64,000 nt of DNA, taken from assembly GCA_045579895.1 (NCBI GenBank), contig JAZNMT010000012.1, positions 11,165-75,164 on the forward strand. Reading direction: 5' to 3'. Positions 17,724 through 28,022 of this stretch are shown one piece after another. The stretch comes from Paludibacteraceae bacterium (GTDB lineage: Bacteria; Bacteroidota; Bacteroidia; Bacteroidales; Paludibacteraceae). The notes below the pieces were generated by a model. That model made no database searches and was not told where the DNA came from. It was given only the letters and a program-made list of their open reading frames with translations. The position numbers and the translations under genes are program-made. The stretch's first letter is position 1. Each line of letters opens with the position of its first letter.

Positions 17724-20039
17724 TTACTCTTCGCGTTCTAGTGACCATCGAAAGCCCAAATACATTTTCCAACCATGAATAGGTGCCCATATCATTGAAG
17801 CATCAAAGTTGGCTGACTCAGGATTCACATACTGATGTTCCCCATGACGTTCACCCACAATAGGATTGTCCTGCGTGAAGTTGGTCATGTTCTCTGCTCC
17901 CAAATAGATTGACCACGTGCGGAAAAACTTGGTTACTTGTCCCAACAACTGTGGGTACCATTTATGGTATATACATCCATTGCGCATCGTATATTGCTTG
18001 CTTGCTTCAGGTACCACGAATCCGTCAGGCATACGCCCCTCACCATTAAACTGTGCCGTCAAATCAAACTGCCAAGTCTTCAGCGGTGTCTGATAACTAG
18101 TGGTGATGATACCTTTAAATTTATTTTGCAATGGTTTGTCGCGCAGTTCATAGGTATTGGCAATGGTATTGTAGGTTGTTTGCTGTACATCAGTATAGCG
18201 GAACGCTACCGTCATATTCCACCCACGCAGAATCTCCATATTCGCCTCCACTTGCCAGTTATGGGAGAAATATTGCGAACCCTCCACATCATGCATATTA
18301 TATAGCGTTATGCCATGCAAGTCGCGATCCATATCGGCTATCACACCATCCAAGAATTTCGTATAATAATATTCGCCTGATAGTTGCAATTCGCGATTTG
18401 CTATCGGGATATAAAACACAGTAGTCAATCCCGTATTCATTGAGCGCTCTTGTTCTAAATCATCTAAGAAATGATATACTCTCTGGCTTGGGAGATAGGC
18501 TGCATTGTCAGCTATAGCATTCGGTGAGCGATAACCCAATCCCACTGAGCCACGTACCGTCCACCACTCAAATGGAGCGTATCGGAGATTCATACGGGGT
18601 GTGGTGAAGAAACCATAGTGGCTAGAATAATCCTCGCGCACACCTAGCAGTAACGTCACCTTATCCTTGTAAGTATAGGTATATTCTGCGAATACACCAG
18701 GAATCATCTCCCATGTATCACGTACGTAGGAGGAGTGATTAACACCTATAGGCAGCAATAACTCCTCGTTGTAGCTGTCGTAGTTCACACTCAGTCCTAC
18801 TGATAAATTATGCCCGTGATCATCCCACAAATCGTTAGCAGAATCGTCAAACGTGGTTTGGAAGATTGCATTCAAATAGACATTAGTTTGTGTCGCATTC
18901 CATTGACGTGCGCCGTAAAGATTTTGTTGGTTGTGATACGAAGCAGAAGCTATAATACCTATTGAGGTACCCAAATCTTTGTTGAATACATAGCCATTCT
19001 TCACGAAACCATCTATGCGCCACGTGTTGAGGTCTATAGCATAGGGAGAAACCGATGCTTGAGTAGCTTCTTGGGTCAAACCACCTTGACGATGATCGTA
19101 TAATCCGCGCAAAAGGAATTGACCTGTGTAGTCACCAGTCTTCACATACCAACGATTCAGCAGGTTTACATTTGTATTCTTTGGCATATCCAAGAAACCA
19201 TCATGGTTGTGGTCTAGTTCCAGCGACATATTCTGCGCGTGGAACAATACACCAGTGGATACTTTGTCATTGATATTCCATCCACCTGAGGCATTCACCT
19301 CGGCATGCGTTTCCGTACTAACCATCGCATTCAGCGAAACTGGATCTTGTGTTTGAGGTTTCAAGTACTCCACATTGATTTGTCCAGCAATAGCCTCATA
19401 GCCATTCAATACCGATGATGTGCCTTTACTAATTTGGATAGCTTCCATCCATGGGCCAGGGATGTACTCCATACCGAAGGCTTGCGCCAATCCGCGAATA
19501 TTGGGAGTATTCTCTGTCAACATCTGTACATAAGTGCCACTGAGCCCCAATAGGCGAATTTGCTTAGCACCAGTAGCAGCATCAGAGTATGCTACATCCA
19601 CCGAGGCACTAGTTTCAAAACTCTCACTGAGATTACAACATGCAGCCATACATAACGCTTCTCCAGTCAGTGTTTCTACTGATAAGGGCGATACACGTGA
19701 ACGAAGAACGGCCATTTTGCGTTCGACAATATCCACCTCCTCTAACAATAAATCACTTACGAGAACGATAGTCAATTCAGTATGAGCAGTAACTTCAGTT
19801 GTGTCGTTATGGAAACCCATAAAACTAGTTACTAGTAGGTTGGTACCTTTCACTGGGTCTAATTTGAAACGTCCATCTAGATCAGTGGCCACGCCTACGC
19901 TAGTCCCAGCCCAATACACATTCGCACCTACTAGAGGCTCACCTTTATCATCCAATACAGTACCCCAAACATGTGCCTTCGCCCATACCAGTGGCATAAT
20001 AATTAATAATACTGATAATATAATCTTTTTCATACTCAT
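17724..20039 (-). CDS. TonB-dependent receptor with N-terminal carboxypeptidase-regulatory-like domain
   Basis: I chose the start at MSMKKIILSVLLIIMPLVWAKA. VWGTVLDDKGEPLVGANVYWAGTSVGVATDLDGRFKL is CarboxypepD_reg-like. A plug and a long beta-barrel with alternating hydrophobic pattern follow. Confidence 0.85.
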   Translation of the reverse strand: MSMKKIILSVLLIIMPLVWAKAHVWGTVLDDKGEPLVGANVYWAGTSVGVATDLDGRFKLDPVKGTNLLVTSFMGFHNDTTEVTAHTELTIVLVSDLLLEEVDIVERKMAVLRSRVSPLSVETLTGEALCMAACCNLSESFETSASVDVAYSDAATGAKQIRLLGLSGTYVQMLTENTPNIRGLAQAFGMEYIPGPWMEAIQISKGTSSVLNGYEAIAGQINVEYLKPQTQDPVSLNAMVSTETHAEVNASGGWNINDKVSTGVLFHAQNMSLELDHNHDGFLDMPKNTNVNLLNRWYVKTGDYTGQFLLRGLYDHRQGGLTQEATQASVSPYAIDLNTWRIDGFVKNGYVFNKDLGTSIGIIASASYHNQQNLYGARQWNATQTNVYLNAIFQTTFDDSANDLWDDHGHNLSVGLSVNYDSYNEELLLPIGVNHSSYVRDTWEMIPGVFAEYTYTYKDKVTLLLGVREDYSSHYGFFTTPRMNLRYAPFEWWTVRGSVGLGYRSPNAIADNAAYLPSQRVYHFLDDLEQERSMNTGLTTVFYIPIANRELQLSGEYYYTKFLDGVIADMDRDLHGITLYNMHDVEGSQYFSHNWQVEANMEILRGWNMTVAFRYTDVQQTTYNTIANTYELRDKPLQNKFKGIITTSYQTPLKTWQFDLTAQFNGEGRMPDGFVVPEASKQYTMRNGCIYHKWYPQLLGQVTKFFRTWSIYLGAENMTNFTQDNPIVGERHGEHQYVNPESANFDASMIWAPIHGWKMYLGFRWSLEREE

Positions 20040-20079
20040 AATCTTTAAGTCATACTTAGAATAGCGTATAGGACGTACA

Positions 20080-21813
20080 TTAAACACCCACTATCCAATT
20101 TCCCAATTGATATATCGCAAAACTAATTACCCAAGCCAATACCAATGAATGTAATACGCTAAACCATGCCCATTTAGCACCTATCTCTTTCTGCAGTGTG
20201 GTGATAGTAGCCACGCATGGGAAATACAACAGTACAAACACCATAAAGGCATACGCCATTACAGGTGTGAACGCAGATAAAGCCATTTCCGATGGATACA
20301 AGATACCCATGGTGGACACAATTGCCTCTTTAGCTGGTAGGCCCGTCAACAAGCATACCGACATCTTCCAATCAAAGCCCAGTGGACGCATTACGGGTTC
20401 TATCCAATGACCTATCAATGCCAAATAACTATTTTCCATATCCGTCATGTTACCAGACGGGAAATAGGTCAACGCCCAGATAATGACGCTAGCCCAGATG
20501 ATGACAGCGGGTATCTTTTGCAAGTAGTCCGCTACGCGTTCCCATATATGCAAACCGGTATTTCGCAACGTAGGTCTACGAAAGGCTGGTAACTCGCTCA
20601 CATAGTCATGTTTCGTTTGACGAAAAGCAGGCATGTGCTGCATTAGCCAAGCAAAAGCGATACTCAGCAGTACACCTAATATATATAGCGACAGCATCAC
20701 TATTGCTTTATTTTCAGCAAAAAACGCACCAATAAACAACATATATACAGGTAATCGTGCAGAGCAGCTCATAAACGGCACCATCATCATCGTTATTGCT
20801 CTATCTTTCTTGTTAGTGATATCGCGCGCTGCCATAATGGCTGGTACATTGCAGCCGAAGCCCATCAGCATGGGAATGAACGAACTGCCGTGTAGTCCTA
20901 TATGGTGCATAATTTTATCCATCGCATACGCAGCACGAGCCATATAACCCGAATCTTCCATCAAACTCAAGAAAAAGAACATAATGATCAAATTCGGAAG
21001 AAAAGCCAATACGGCACCTATTCCCATCAGCACACCATCTATCAACAAACTACTCCACCATACTGCAGGTAATAATCCACGCACCCATTCGGCTAGTGCT
21101 TCCACACCTATACTGATCCACTCTTGTGGATAGGCACCTAATGTGAATGTACATTCAAACACACCATATAACAACAACATTAGCAAGGGCAAACCTATCC
21201 ATCGGTTAGTCAATATTCGGTCTATCTTATCTGCCAATGAGTGTCCAGTATCATGTTGTGCGTGCGTCAGTGTCTCTTCTAGTGCACCATGTACGAAACC
21301 ATATCGAGCTTGCGTAATTACCTCTTTGGCAGTTTTTCCGTATTCATATAATAGTCGTGCTCGTTGTTCTGCTGCCACGCGTATCAGTTCCTCGCTATGC
21401 GGTAGCAGAGCTAGCATCTCATCTGGACGTTCGAGCAAACGGATAGCCATATAGCGTTTGGAATATTTCTCACGCACATTGGGTAGTGTGACAATCACCT
21501 CAATAACACGATTTATTGCCTCCTCTATGTCCTTACCATATGCCACATGCACGTGGCGAAACTTACCCACTTCGCTTATCACTTTCTCTCGATCTTCGGC
21601 CAGTCCTATACGCACACCTAGCAGTTGGCCCAAGGTCTCGTAGTCCAATCGGTGTTCAGTAGCTAACAAGGCATCATAGTGCGTGAGAAGCACCACAAAG
21701 GGTTGATGACGGTCTATCAGTTCGGCAGTACGAACCAATGCTGTATCTAAGTTTCGTGCATCCACTTCCTGGATTTGCACACCATGTTCTATGTATTCGT
21801 TTCGATTGAGCAT
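20080..21813 (-). CDS. feoB: FeoB-like ferrous/metal permease lacking the N-terminal P-loop half of the G domain
   Basis: The membrane core is typical FeoB (nucleoside-recognition/gate motifs, more than 8 TM segments). The N-terminus begins at the equivalent of ..VDARNLDTAL..PFVVLLTHYD.., with no GxxxxGK(S/T) or DxxG motif. The start is either 21813 (MLNRNEY, just after a TAccTTTG box at 21825-21832) or 21855 (track). Confidence 0.75.
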   Translation of the reverse strand: MLNRNEYIEHGVQIQEVDARNLDTALVRTAELIDRHQPFVVLLTHYDALLATEHRLDYETLGQLLGVRIGLAEDREKVISEVGKFRHVHVAYGKDIEEAINRVIEVIVTLPNVREKYSKRYMAIRLLERPDEMLALLPHSEELIRVAAEQRARLLYEYGKTAKEVITQARYGFVHGALEETLTHAQHDTGHSLADKIDRILTNRWIGLPLLMLLLYGVFECTFTLGAYPQEWISIGVEALAEWVRGLLPAVWWSSLLIDGVLMGIGAVLAFLPNLIIMFFFLSLMEDSGYMARAAYAMDKIMHHIGLHGSSFIPMLMGFGCNVPAIMAARDITNKKDRAITMMMVPFMSCSARLPVYMLFIGAFFAENKAIVMLSLYILGVLLSIAFAWLMQHMPAFRQTKHDYVSELPAFRRPTLRNTGLHIWERVADYLQKIPAVIIWASVIIWALTYFPSGNMTDMENSYLALIGHWIEPVMRPLGFDWKMSVCLLTGLPAKEAIVSTMGILYPSEMALSAFTPVMAYAFMVFVLLYFPCVATITTLQKEIGAKWAWFSVLHSLVLAWVISFAIYQLGNWIVGV

Positions 21814-21881
21814 GAAAAACGCTGCAAAGGTACTGCCTTTTCGGCATATACACAATACCCAAATATGGTGATTTTTATTGT

Positions 21882-23258
21882 CTAGTTTCTCGCAGCTAAC
21901 TTCTTATACTTTCTGTTGAACCGTATATGGAAGCATGTCGCAGCTGTCGATAATCCCATGATAAATCCTACCCATATACCAGCTGCACCCATCTCTAATG
22001 GGAACGCGCACACCAAGCCGACAGCCAAGCCGATTACAATATATGACATAAAAGCTATCAACATAGGCACCTTAACATCGGTGATTCCACGTAGCATAGC
22101 TGCTCCAACAGCCTGTAGTCCATCCGCATATTGGAAGAGTCCTGCAATAACAATCAATTGTGATGCAATGGCTATAACCTCTGTATCTTGTGTGAAAAGC
22201 AAAGGGATATAATTACGCAGGCTAATCATTACAACAGCTCCTATCGTATTCAGCAATAGCACCAAATGAATACTAGCATTGCTAGCCATACGTACAGCTC
22301 GGATATCTCCTGCACCTAACTGATGCGATACGCGTATCGTAGTCGCTGCACCCACGCCCATGGCTATCATAAAAGTTAAATCTGCTATTTGGTTCGCCAC
22401 TTGATGGGCTGCTAGTGCCTCTTTGCTTATCCAACCGATAATCACGAATGAAATAGTGAAAGTAAAGGTTTCTAGGAAGGTCTGTGCACCTATGGGGAAA
22501 CCAAGGCGTAACTGTTTCTTTATTTCCTCCCAACGGATATTACGCCAGGTGAAAGAGGCTAGATAATAACGCCAATCACGTTTATACCACATCGCTAGCG
22601 CAAAGCAGATGGGCATACCCAATCTAGATATCAACGAACCGATACCTGCGCCTGTGGCACCCATGGCATCTGCACCCCAATGACCATAGATAAATACCCA
22701 GTTGAGCAGAATATTCAGCGCATTCATCACTAGTGTGATTACCATGGCTACTACAGTATTTCCTAGTCCTTCCAGAAACTGTTTGAAGAAGGTAAAAAAC
22801 AAAAACGGTACTAACGATATAACAATCAGGATGTAGTAAGGTCTAGCTACAGCTATCACGTCTGGATCTTGTCCAAAACAATCCAAATATGGGATACATC
22901 CGCCTAGCAATAACAACATTAGTGCCGACTGCAAAACAGTCAGCAGAATACCATTCTGAAATAACACAGCTATCTTCTCACGTATGGATGTGGTTTCTTC
23001 GGGCTGTGCATTCATCTCGCCCACGCGAATACCAACTAGCGGTGTAATAGCCATCAACACCCCCATTGCGAATACCATAGCCATAAAGAAGATGGCATTG
23101 GCAAAACTCACAGCTGCCAAATCCACCGTGGCATAGTGGCCCACCATCATAGAATCAAACAGCCCGACCAACGATGCTCCCAATTGGGTCAGCATAATCG
23201 GCAGAGCCACACGCAAGTTACGCTTGTAATATGGCAGATATTCTTTCAAAGACTGCAT
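21882..23258 (-). CDS. MATE-family multidrug/sodium efflux transporter
   Basis: The 458 aa ORF has 12 predicted TM segments. The N-terminus YYKRNLRVALPIMLTQLGASLVGLFDSMMVGH is typical NorM/MATE. Confidence 0.88.
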   Translation of the reverse strand: MQSLKEYLPYYKRNLRVALPIMLTQLGASLVGLFDSMMVGHYATVDLAAVSFANAIFFMAMVFAMGVLMAITPLVGIRVGEMNAQPEETTSIREKIAVLFQNGILLTVLQSALMLLLLGGCIPYLDCFGQDPDVIAVARPYYILIVISLVPFLFFTFFKQFLEGLGNTVVAMVITLVMNALNILLNWVFIYGHWGADAMGATGAGIGSLISRLGMPICFALAMWYKRDWRYYLASFTWRNIRWEEIKKQLRLGFPIGAQTFLETFTFTISFVIIGWISKEALAAHQVANQIADLTFMIAMGVGAATTIRVSHQLGAGDIRAVRMASNASIHLVLLLNTIGAVVMISLRNYIPLLFTQDTEVIAIASQLIVIAGLFQYADGLQAVGAAMLRGITDVKVPMLIAFMSYIVIGLAVGLVCAFPLEMGAAGIWVGFIMGLSTAATCFHIRFNRKYKKLAARN

Positions 23259-23274
23259 ATTCGATCTCTATCCT

Positions 23275-24174
23275 TTATTGCAGGATCTTGTTTCTCAATC
23301 GCTTAGCGCACTGGGTATTGAACGTGTGACCGGGGCGTAGTGCGACTATCTTGCCTTGTATGCGGCATCCTAGAAGCGACATATCACCAATCAAGTCAAG
23401 CAGTTTATGACGAGCGGGTTCATTAGGATAATGCAGAGGGCTCAGGTAACCCAACTTTGTTGCATCCAAACGAGGTTGCCCTAGTTTATCCGTCATATAA
23501 TCTAGACCTTCTTGAGACATAGGAGTTTCATAGATTACCAGAGCATTTTGCAAATCACCGCCTTTGATGAGTCCCATCCGAAGCAGGGGTTCGATTTCGC
23601 GAACGAAACAAAAGGTGCGGGCTGAAGATATCTCACGACTATACTCGTTTAAATCGTATAACTCTGCTTTTTGTTCACGTAACAACCCTGTGGCATAGGT
23701 AATGGTCACTTCGGCTTCATATCGATCGGAAGGAAGCAAGAGCATTTTACTACCGCGTTCGGACACATATTCGATTGGTTCTGTCACCACAAAAATACGC
23801 TGTTCCGCATCTTGTTCTTGCAAGCCTACTTCTTGAATAGCCTTCACATAACATTTCGCACTTCCGTCCAAAATAGGCATTTCTGGACCATCTACTTCTA
23901 TAAGGCAGTTGTCAACGCCCAACGCATAGAGGGCTGAGAGAGCATGTTCCACGGTCGACACTTTCCATGCGCCACGCTCCAGTACGGTTCCACGCTCGGT
24001 GGCTGTCACATAATCGGCTATAGCCTCGTAGGTCGGACGACCGGCCAAGTCGGTACGACAGATACGCACACCAGTATTCGCTTCAGCAGGAAGGAATGTC
24101 GCATGCAAGAATAAGCCTGTATGTAAACCCTTGCTCTCAAACGAGAAGGATGATTTTAATGTATGCTGTTTCAT
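23275..24174 (-). CDS. lpxC: UDP-3-O-acyl-N-acetylglucosamine deacetylase, stand-alone (no FabZ fusion)
   Basis: Starting at MKQHTLKSSFSFESKGLHTGL gives the typical LpxC N-terminus. Other motifs are VSTVEHALSALYALGVDN, ARTFCF and HKLLDLIGD. It stops after about 300 aa, and the next gene is the MATE transporter. Confidence 0.88.
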   Translation of the reverse strand: MKQHTLKSSFSFESKGLHTGLFLHATFLPAEANTGVRICRTDLAGRPTYEAIADYVTATERGTVLERGAWKVSTVEHALSALYALGVDNCLIEVDGPEMPILDGSAKCYVKAIQEVGLQEQDAEQRIFVVTEPIEYVSERGSKMLLLPSDRYEAEVTITYATGLLREQKAELYDLNEYSREISSARTFCFVREIEPLLRMGLIKGGDLQNALVIYETPMSQEGLDYMTDKLGQPRLDATKLGYLSPLHYPNEPARHKLLDLIGDMSLLGCRIQGKIVALRPGHTFNTQCAKRLRNKILQ

Positions 24175-24194
24175 ATAATTTGAATGTTGTTTGG

Positions 24195-25214
24195 TCACAT
24201 TTTCTTTTCTAGTTCTTGGAGACGTTTCATAATGTCGGGAAGTTGTTTGAAACCGACAATGCTGCGGCGCCAATTCATAGCATCAATAATAGGTGAACCT
24301 TGGTACATCCCCGCTTTGCGCACGTTGCTTGGAATGCCTGATTGGGCACCAAAAACGCAGTTGTCTGCAATCTCCAAGTGACCTGCCACGCCTACTTGAC
24401 CGGCTAGAACACAATGACCACCTATCTTCGATGAGCCGGCTATACCCACTTGAGAGCACAGGAAGGTACTGGCGCCTACTTCCACATTATGTGCCACTTG
24501 CACGAGGTTGTCAATTTTTGCATTGCGGCGGATAATGGTAGAACCCATCATTGCACGATCCACGGTCGTATTGGCGCCGATCTCCACATCATCTTCTATG
24601 ATGACATTCCCAATTTGTGGCAGTTTTTGATTCACGCCGTTCGCATCCGGCTCAAAGCCAAAGCCGTCACTACCCACTACGGCACCCGCGTGAAGGATGC
24701 AGTCTTTGCCCACAACGCAGTTGTAATATACCTTAACGCCCGAATAGAGGATGGTATTATCGCCAATCTTCACATTATCACCGATATACACATGCGGATA
24801 GATTTGCACTCCTTTGCCCAGTTGCACATTCTTTCCCACATACGCAAAGGCACCGATATACGCATCATCGGGTATGGTAACTCCCTCGCTAACATACGAG
24901 GGTTGCTCTATGCCTTGTTTAGATGGATTCATCGCTTTCGCCACAAGGGCAAGCAACTGCCCCATCGCTGCGCGAGCATTCTCAACGCGAATCAAGGTCG
25001 CATGCGTCTCACCATCATACGGAATGGAATCGGTCATCAGAACCACACTCGCACGCGTATGAGGAAGGTGGGAAAGGTATTTTGCATCGCATAAGAAGGT
25101 CAACTGACCCTCTTTGGCAGTTTCTATTGAGCCGACATCACTAACTGTGCGGGTGGCATCACCGCTGATTTTACCACCTAGAAGCATCGCTATTTGTTGG
25201 GCAGAAAATTCCAT
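24195..25214 (-). CDS. lpxD: UDP-3-O-(3-hydroxyacyl)glucosamine N-acyltransferase
   Basis: The 339 aa ORF has hexapeptide (left-handed beta-helix) repeats and an LpxD-type N-terminal domain. It lies directly upstream of lpxC. Confidence 0.9.
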   Translation of the reverse strand: MEFSAQQIAMLLGGKISGDATRTVSDVGSIETAKEGQLTFLCDAKYLSHLPHTRASVVLMTDSIPYDGETHATLIRVENARAAMGQLLALVAKAMNPSKQGIEQPSYVSEGVTIPDDAYIGAFAYVGKNVQLGKGVQIYPHVYIGDNVKIGDNTILYSGVKVYYNCVVGKDCILHAGAVVGSDGFGFEPDANGVNQKLPQIGNVIIEDDVEIGANTTVDRAMMGSTIIRRNAKIDNLVQVAHNVEVGASTFLCSQVGIAGSSKIGGHCVLAGQVGVAGHLEIADNCVFGAQSGIPSNVRKAGMYQGSPIIDAMNWRRSIVGFKQLPDIMKRLQELEKKM

Positions 25215-25221
25215 AATGTAT

Positions 25222-26442
25222 TTATTTTAAGTGAAATAGGTAAATCTTTTGGGGTTTATAGGTTAGGGTTTCCATATTGAGCATCTCCGAGGCGTCAGCT
25301 ATATCACGAACGGTGCCATCTTTGTATAGAATATCAATGGCCTCACCCTTTTCGCTGTAAGTATTAGAGGTCGAGACATGCTCCACAAAGAAGTAAGAAG
25401 CTTCTTCTTTACTCACACCAAAACGTGCGGCATATTGTTCCAGCAGAGCATCGTTTTCGTCCGCGTGCAATGGTTCATCCAGCAACTTACCTTTGAACAG
25501 TTGACGATTCGTGAAACATTCACATAAAATACGCAGCACTTTATCTTCGCTATTCATCCACACTTTAATTGCGGAAAGCAGGTCTGAGTCATCCAACTGA
25601 GCGTACCATGGGAGCAAAGCGGCGGAAGAGGATGTTCCCGACAAAAAGTAGTGCAATGCAGGAGAACAGAATAATGATACTCCATTACGAACCAGATACT
25701 TAGCACGTTTTAGAATCTTTATCAACACTTGTTCCGCGGCCACGCTGGTATGGTGTAGATACACTTGCCAATACATCAATCTGCGAGCTACCAGGAACTT
25801 CTCAACGGAGTATATGCCTTTGATTTCCACCACGAGGCGGTCATCTTTCACATTCATCATCTTCAGGATACGTGCACTGGCTACACTACCTTCAGTCACA
25901 CCGCAGAAGAAGGAATCGCGGCAGAGGTAGTCTAACCGATCGACGTCCAACTGAGAGGATATCAATTGATGAAGGAAATGCTTCTCATATTCATCTTTGA
26001 AGATGCGAATAGCCAGACCCATAATCTCCCGGGCTTCCTGGTCAAACGATGACCGGATCTCTTCCATCATCATCAGGCTTATATCTTCGTGACTCATCTG
26101 CTCTGGCAGCATCCCTGCTTCCTCGAACACGTGAGAGAAGGGCCCATGCCCAACATCGTGCAATAGGATGGCGGCCATGGCTGCGGTCTCCTCATTATCG
26201 GTGATAGACGCACCTTTCTCACGTAGCGAAAGGATAGCTTCGTGCATCAGATGCATCGCACCCAAGGAATGTAAAAAGCGGCTGTGCATCGCACCAGGAT
26301 AAACAAAGAAACTCAATCCCAATTGCCGAATACGGTTCAGACGTTGCATATACGGATGTTGTAAGATTTGAAACAGCACACCATCAGGAATGCTGAGAAA
26401 ACCAAACACAGGGTCATTGATTATCTTGCGTGTCTTTGTCAT
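25222..26442 (-). CDS. HD-domain phosphohydrolase (dNTP triphosphohydrolase/SAMHD1-like)
   Basis: I chose the start at [19 protein letters not shown]. Supporting motifs are [37 protein letters not shown] and [11 protein letters not shown]. Confidence 0.82.
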   Translation of the reverse strand: MTKTRKIINDPVFGFLSIPDGVLFQILQHPYMQRLNRIRQLGLSFFVYPGAMHSRFLHSLGAMHLMHEAILSLREKGASITDNEETAAMAAILLHDVGHGPFSHVFEEAGMLPEQMSHEDISLMMMEEIRSSFDQEAREIMGLAIRIFKDEYEKHFLHQLISSQLDVDRLDYLCRDSFFCGVTEGSVASARILKMMNVKDDRLVVEIKGIYSVEKFLVARRLMYWQVYLHHTSVAAEQVLIKILKRAKYLVRNGVSLFCSPALHYFLSGTSSSAALLPWYAQLDDSDLLSAIKVWMNSEDKVLRILCECFTNRQLFKGKLLDEPLHADENDALLEQYAARFGVSKEEASYFFVEHVSTSNTYSEKGEAIDILYKDGTVRDIADASEMLNMETLTYKPQKIYLFHLK

Positions 26443-26616
26443 ACTGCTACTGCATTTGTTTATAATACGATTTGCTTTTTTTGGAGGCACGAAGAACGGC
26501 ATATCCACAAAAAGCACGCAAAGTTACTAAAAAAATACGGAATGACAAAGCAATACATATATTTTCTTTTTTTTGTACGATTTTTATGCGGTTTTCTACT
26601 TATTGATAGTTAGACA

Positions 26617-26664
26617 TTAGTTAGTGATTAATTAGTGATTAATTAGTGATTAATTAGTGATTAG
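26617..26664. repeat. tandem array of about 4.5 x 11 bp (AATTAGTGATT), the inverse of the 10178-10222 array
   Basis: The sequence cattagttagtgattaattagtgattaattagtgattaattagtgattag lies in the divergent promoter region between the HD-domain gene and the U32 peptidase gene. Confidence 0.85.
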
Positions 26665-26751
26665 ACTATCTTTACCGAACTTTTGATGTTTCTTAAACCA
26701 AATTTCGACTTTTTTCTTGCACATGTACAAAAAAAGCAGTACTTTTGTAGC

Positions 26752-28020
26752 ATGAATACAATCAACGACATCGAGATTATGGCGCCGGTTGGTTGCTGGG
26801 AGAGCCTAGCAGCTGCGATTGAGGCGGGGGCAACGAGTGTATATTTTGGTATTGAGTATTTGAATATGCGTTCACGATCATCTGCCAACTTTACAACGCA
26901 GGATCTACATACCATTGTACAGCGGTGCCAAGCGGTGGGAGTCAAGACCTACCTCACGCTCAATACAGTCATGTACCCCGAGGATCTCCCACTCATGAGG
27001 GAGATTGTAGATCACGCCAAAATAGCGGGGGTATCAGCTATCATCGCATCGGACATAGCTGCTTTACAATATGCTTATAACCAAGGGGTTGAAGTACATC
27101 TTTCTACACAACTCAACATCGCTAATACAGAGGCGCTCAAGTTCTACGCTCAGTATGCAGATGTCGTTGTACTGGCACGAGAACTCAACATGGAACAGGT
27201 CGCTACAATATACCGCGACATACAGGAGCAAAACATACGAGGACCAAAAGGCGAATTGATACGGATTGAAATGTTCTGCCACGGAGCCCTGTGCATGGCG
27301 GTAAGTGGGAAATGCTACTTGAGCCTCAACAACTTAGGTGCTAGTGCTAACAGAGGAGCATGTATGCAAATTTGCCGACGTGGATACCTCGTCAAGGATA
27401 AAGAGAGCGACCTTGAGCTAGAGGTAGATAACCAATATATCATGTCACCTAAGGACCTTAAAACCATACATTTCCTAAATAAAATGCTAGACGCAGGCGT
27501 GCGCGTTCTCAAGATTGAAGGAAGAGCAAGAGGGGCGGAATACGTAAAAACAGTGGTGGAATGTTACAAAGAAGCGGTGGATCTATGGAGCAATAAGCCA
27601 CAAATATGGGCAACGGAAGAAATAGACCAATTCCTCGAAGATTGGAACACACGCCTACAACGAGTATTCAACAGAGGATTTTGGGACGGATACTACCAAG
27701 GACAAAAACTCGGCGAGTGGACGCACAAATACGGTTCTAGAGCCACACGAAAGAAGGTTTTTGCAGGCAAATGTACCAATTTCTTTAAGAATATTTCGGT
27801 GGCAGAGTTTTATTTAGAGGCAACGAAAGAGATTCATGAAGGAGATGAATTGCTCATCACGGGAGAGACTACGGGGGCATATGAAATGGTAGCAAAAGAC
27901 ATCCACGACGCTAAGGGATTACCACAAACATGTATTCAACAGGGAAATTTCTTTGCAGTAAAGACCGAAAAAATCATACGACGTGGAGATAGATTGTTTA
28001 TATTGAAAGAAAACGAATAA
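26752..28020 (+). CDS. peptidase U32 family protein
   Basis: I chose the start at MNTINDIEIMAPVG, preceded by a TActTTTG box. Motifs AGATSVYFG, CHGALCMAVSGKCYLS and RGACMQICRR match U32 (collagenase-like/RlhA-type) as I recall them. Confidence 0.85.
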   Translation: MNTINDIEIMAPVGCWESLAAAIEAGATSVYFGIEYLNMRSRSSANFTTQDLHTIVQRCQAVGVKTYLTLNTVMYPEDLPLMREIVDHAKIAGVSAIIASDIAALQYAYNQGVEVHLSTQLNIANTEALKFYAQYADVVVLARELNMEQVATIYRDIQEQNIRGPKGELIRIEMFCHGALCMAVSGKCYLSLNNLGASANRGACMQICRRGYLVKDKESDLELEVDNQYIMSPKDLKTIHFLNKMLDAGVRVLKIEGRARGAEYVKTVVECYKEAVDLWSNKPQIWATEEIDQFLEDWNTRLQRVFNRGFWDGYYQGQKLGEWTHKYGSRATRKKVFAGKCTNFFKNISVAEFYLEATKEIHEGDELLITGETTGAYEMVAKDIHDAKGLPQTCIQQGNFFAVKTEKIIRRGDRLFILKENE

Positions 28021-28022
28021 AT

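Noticed and set aside
24450-25094. 214-aa plus-strand ORF
   Set aside because: It is antisense to lpxD. Hexapeptide-repeat genes commonly generate long antisense frames.
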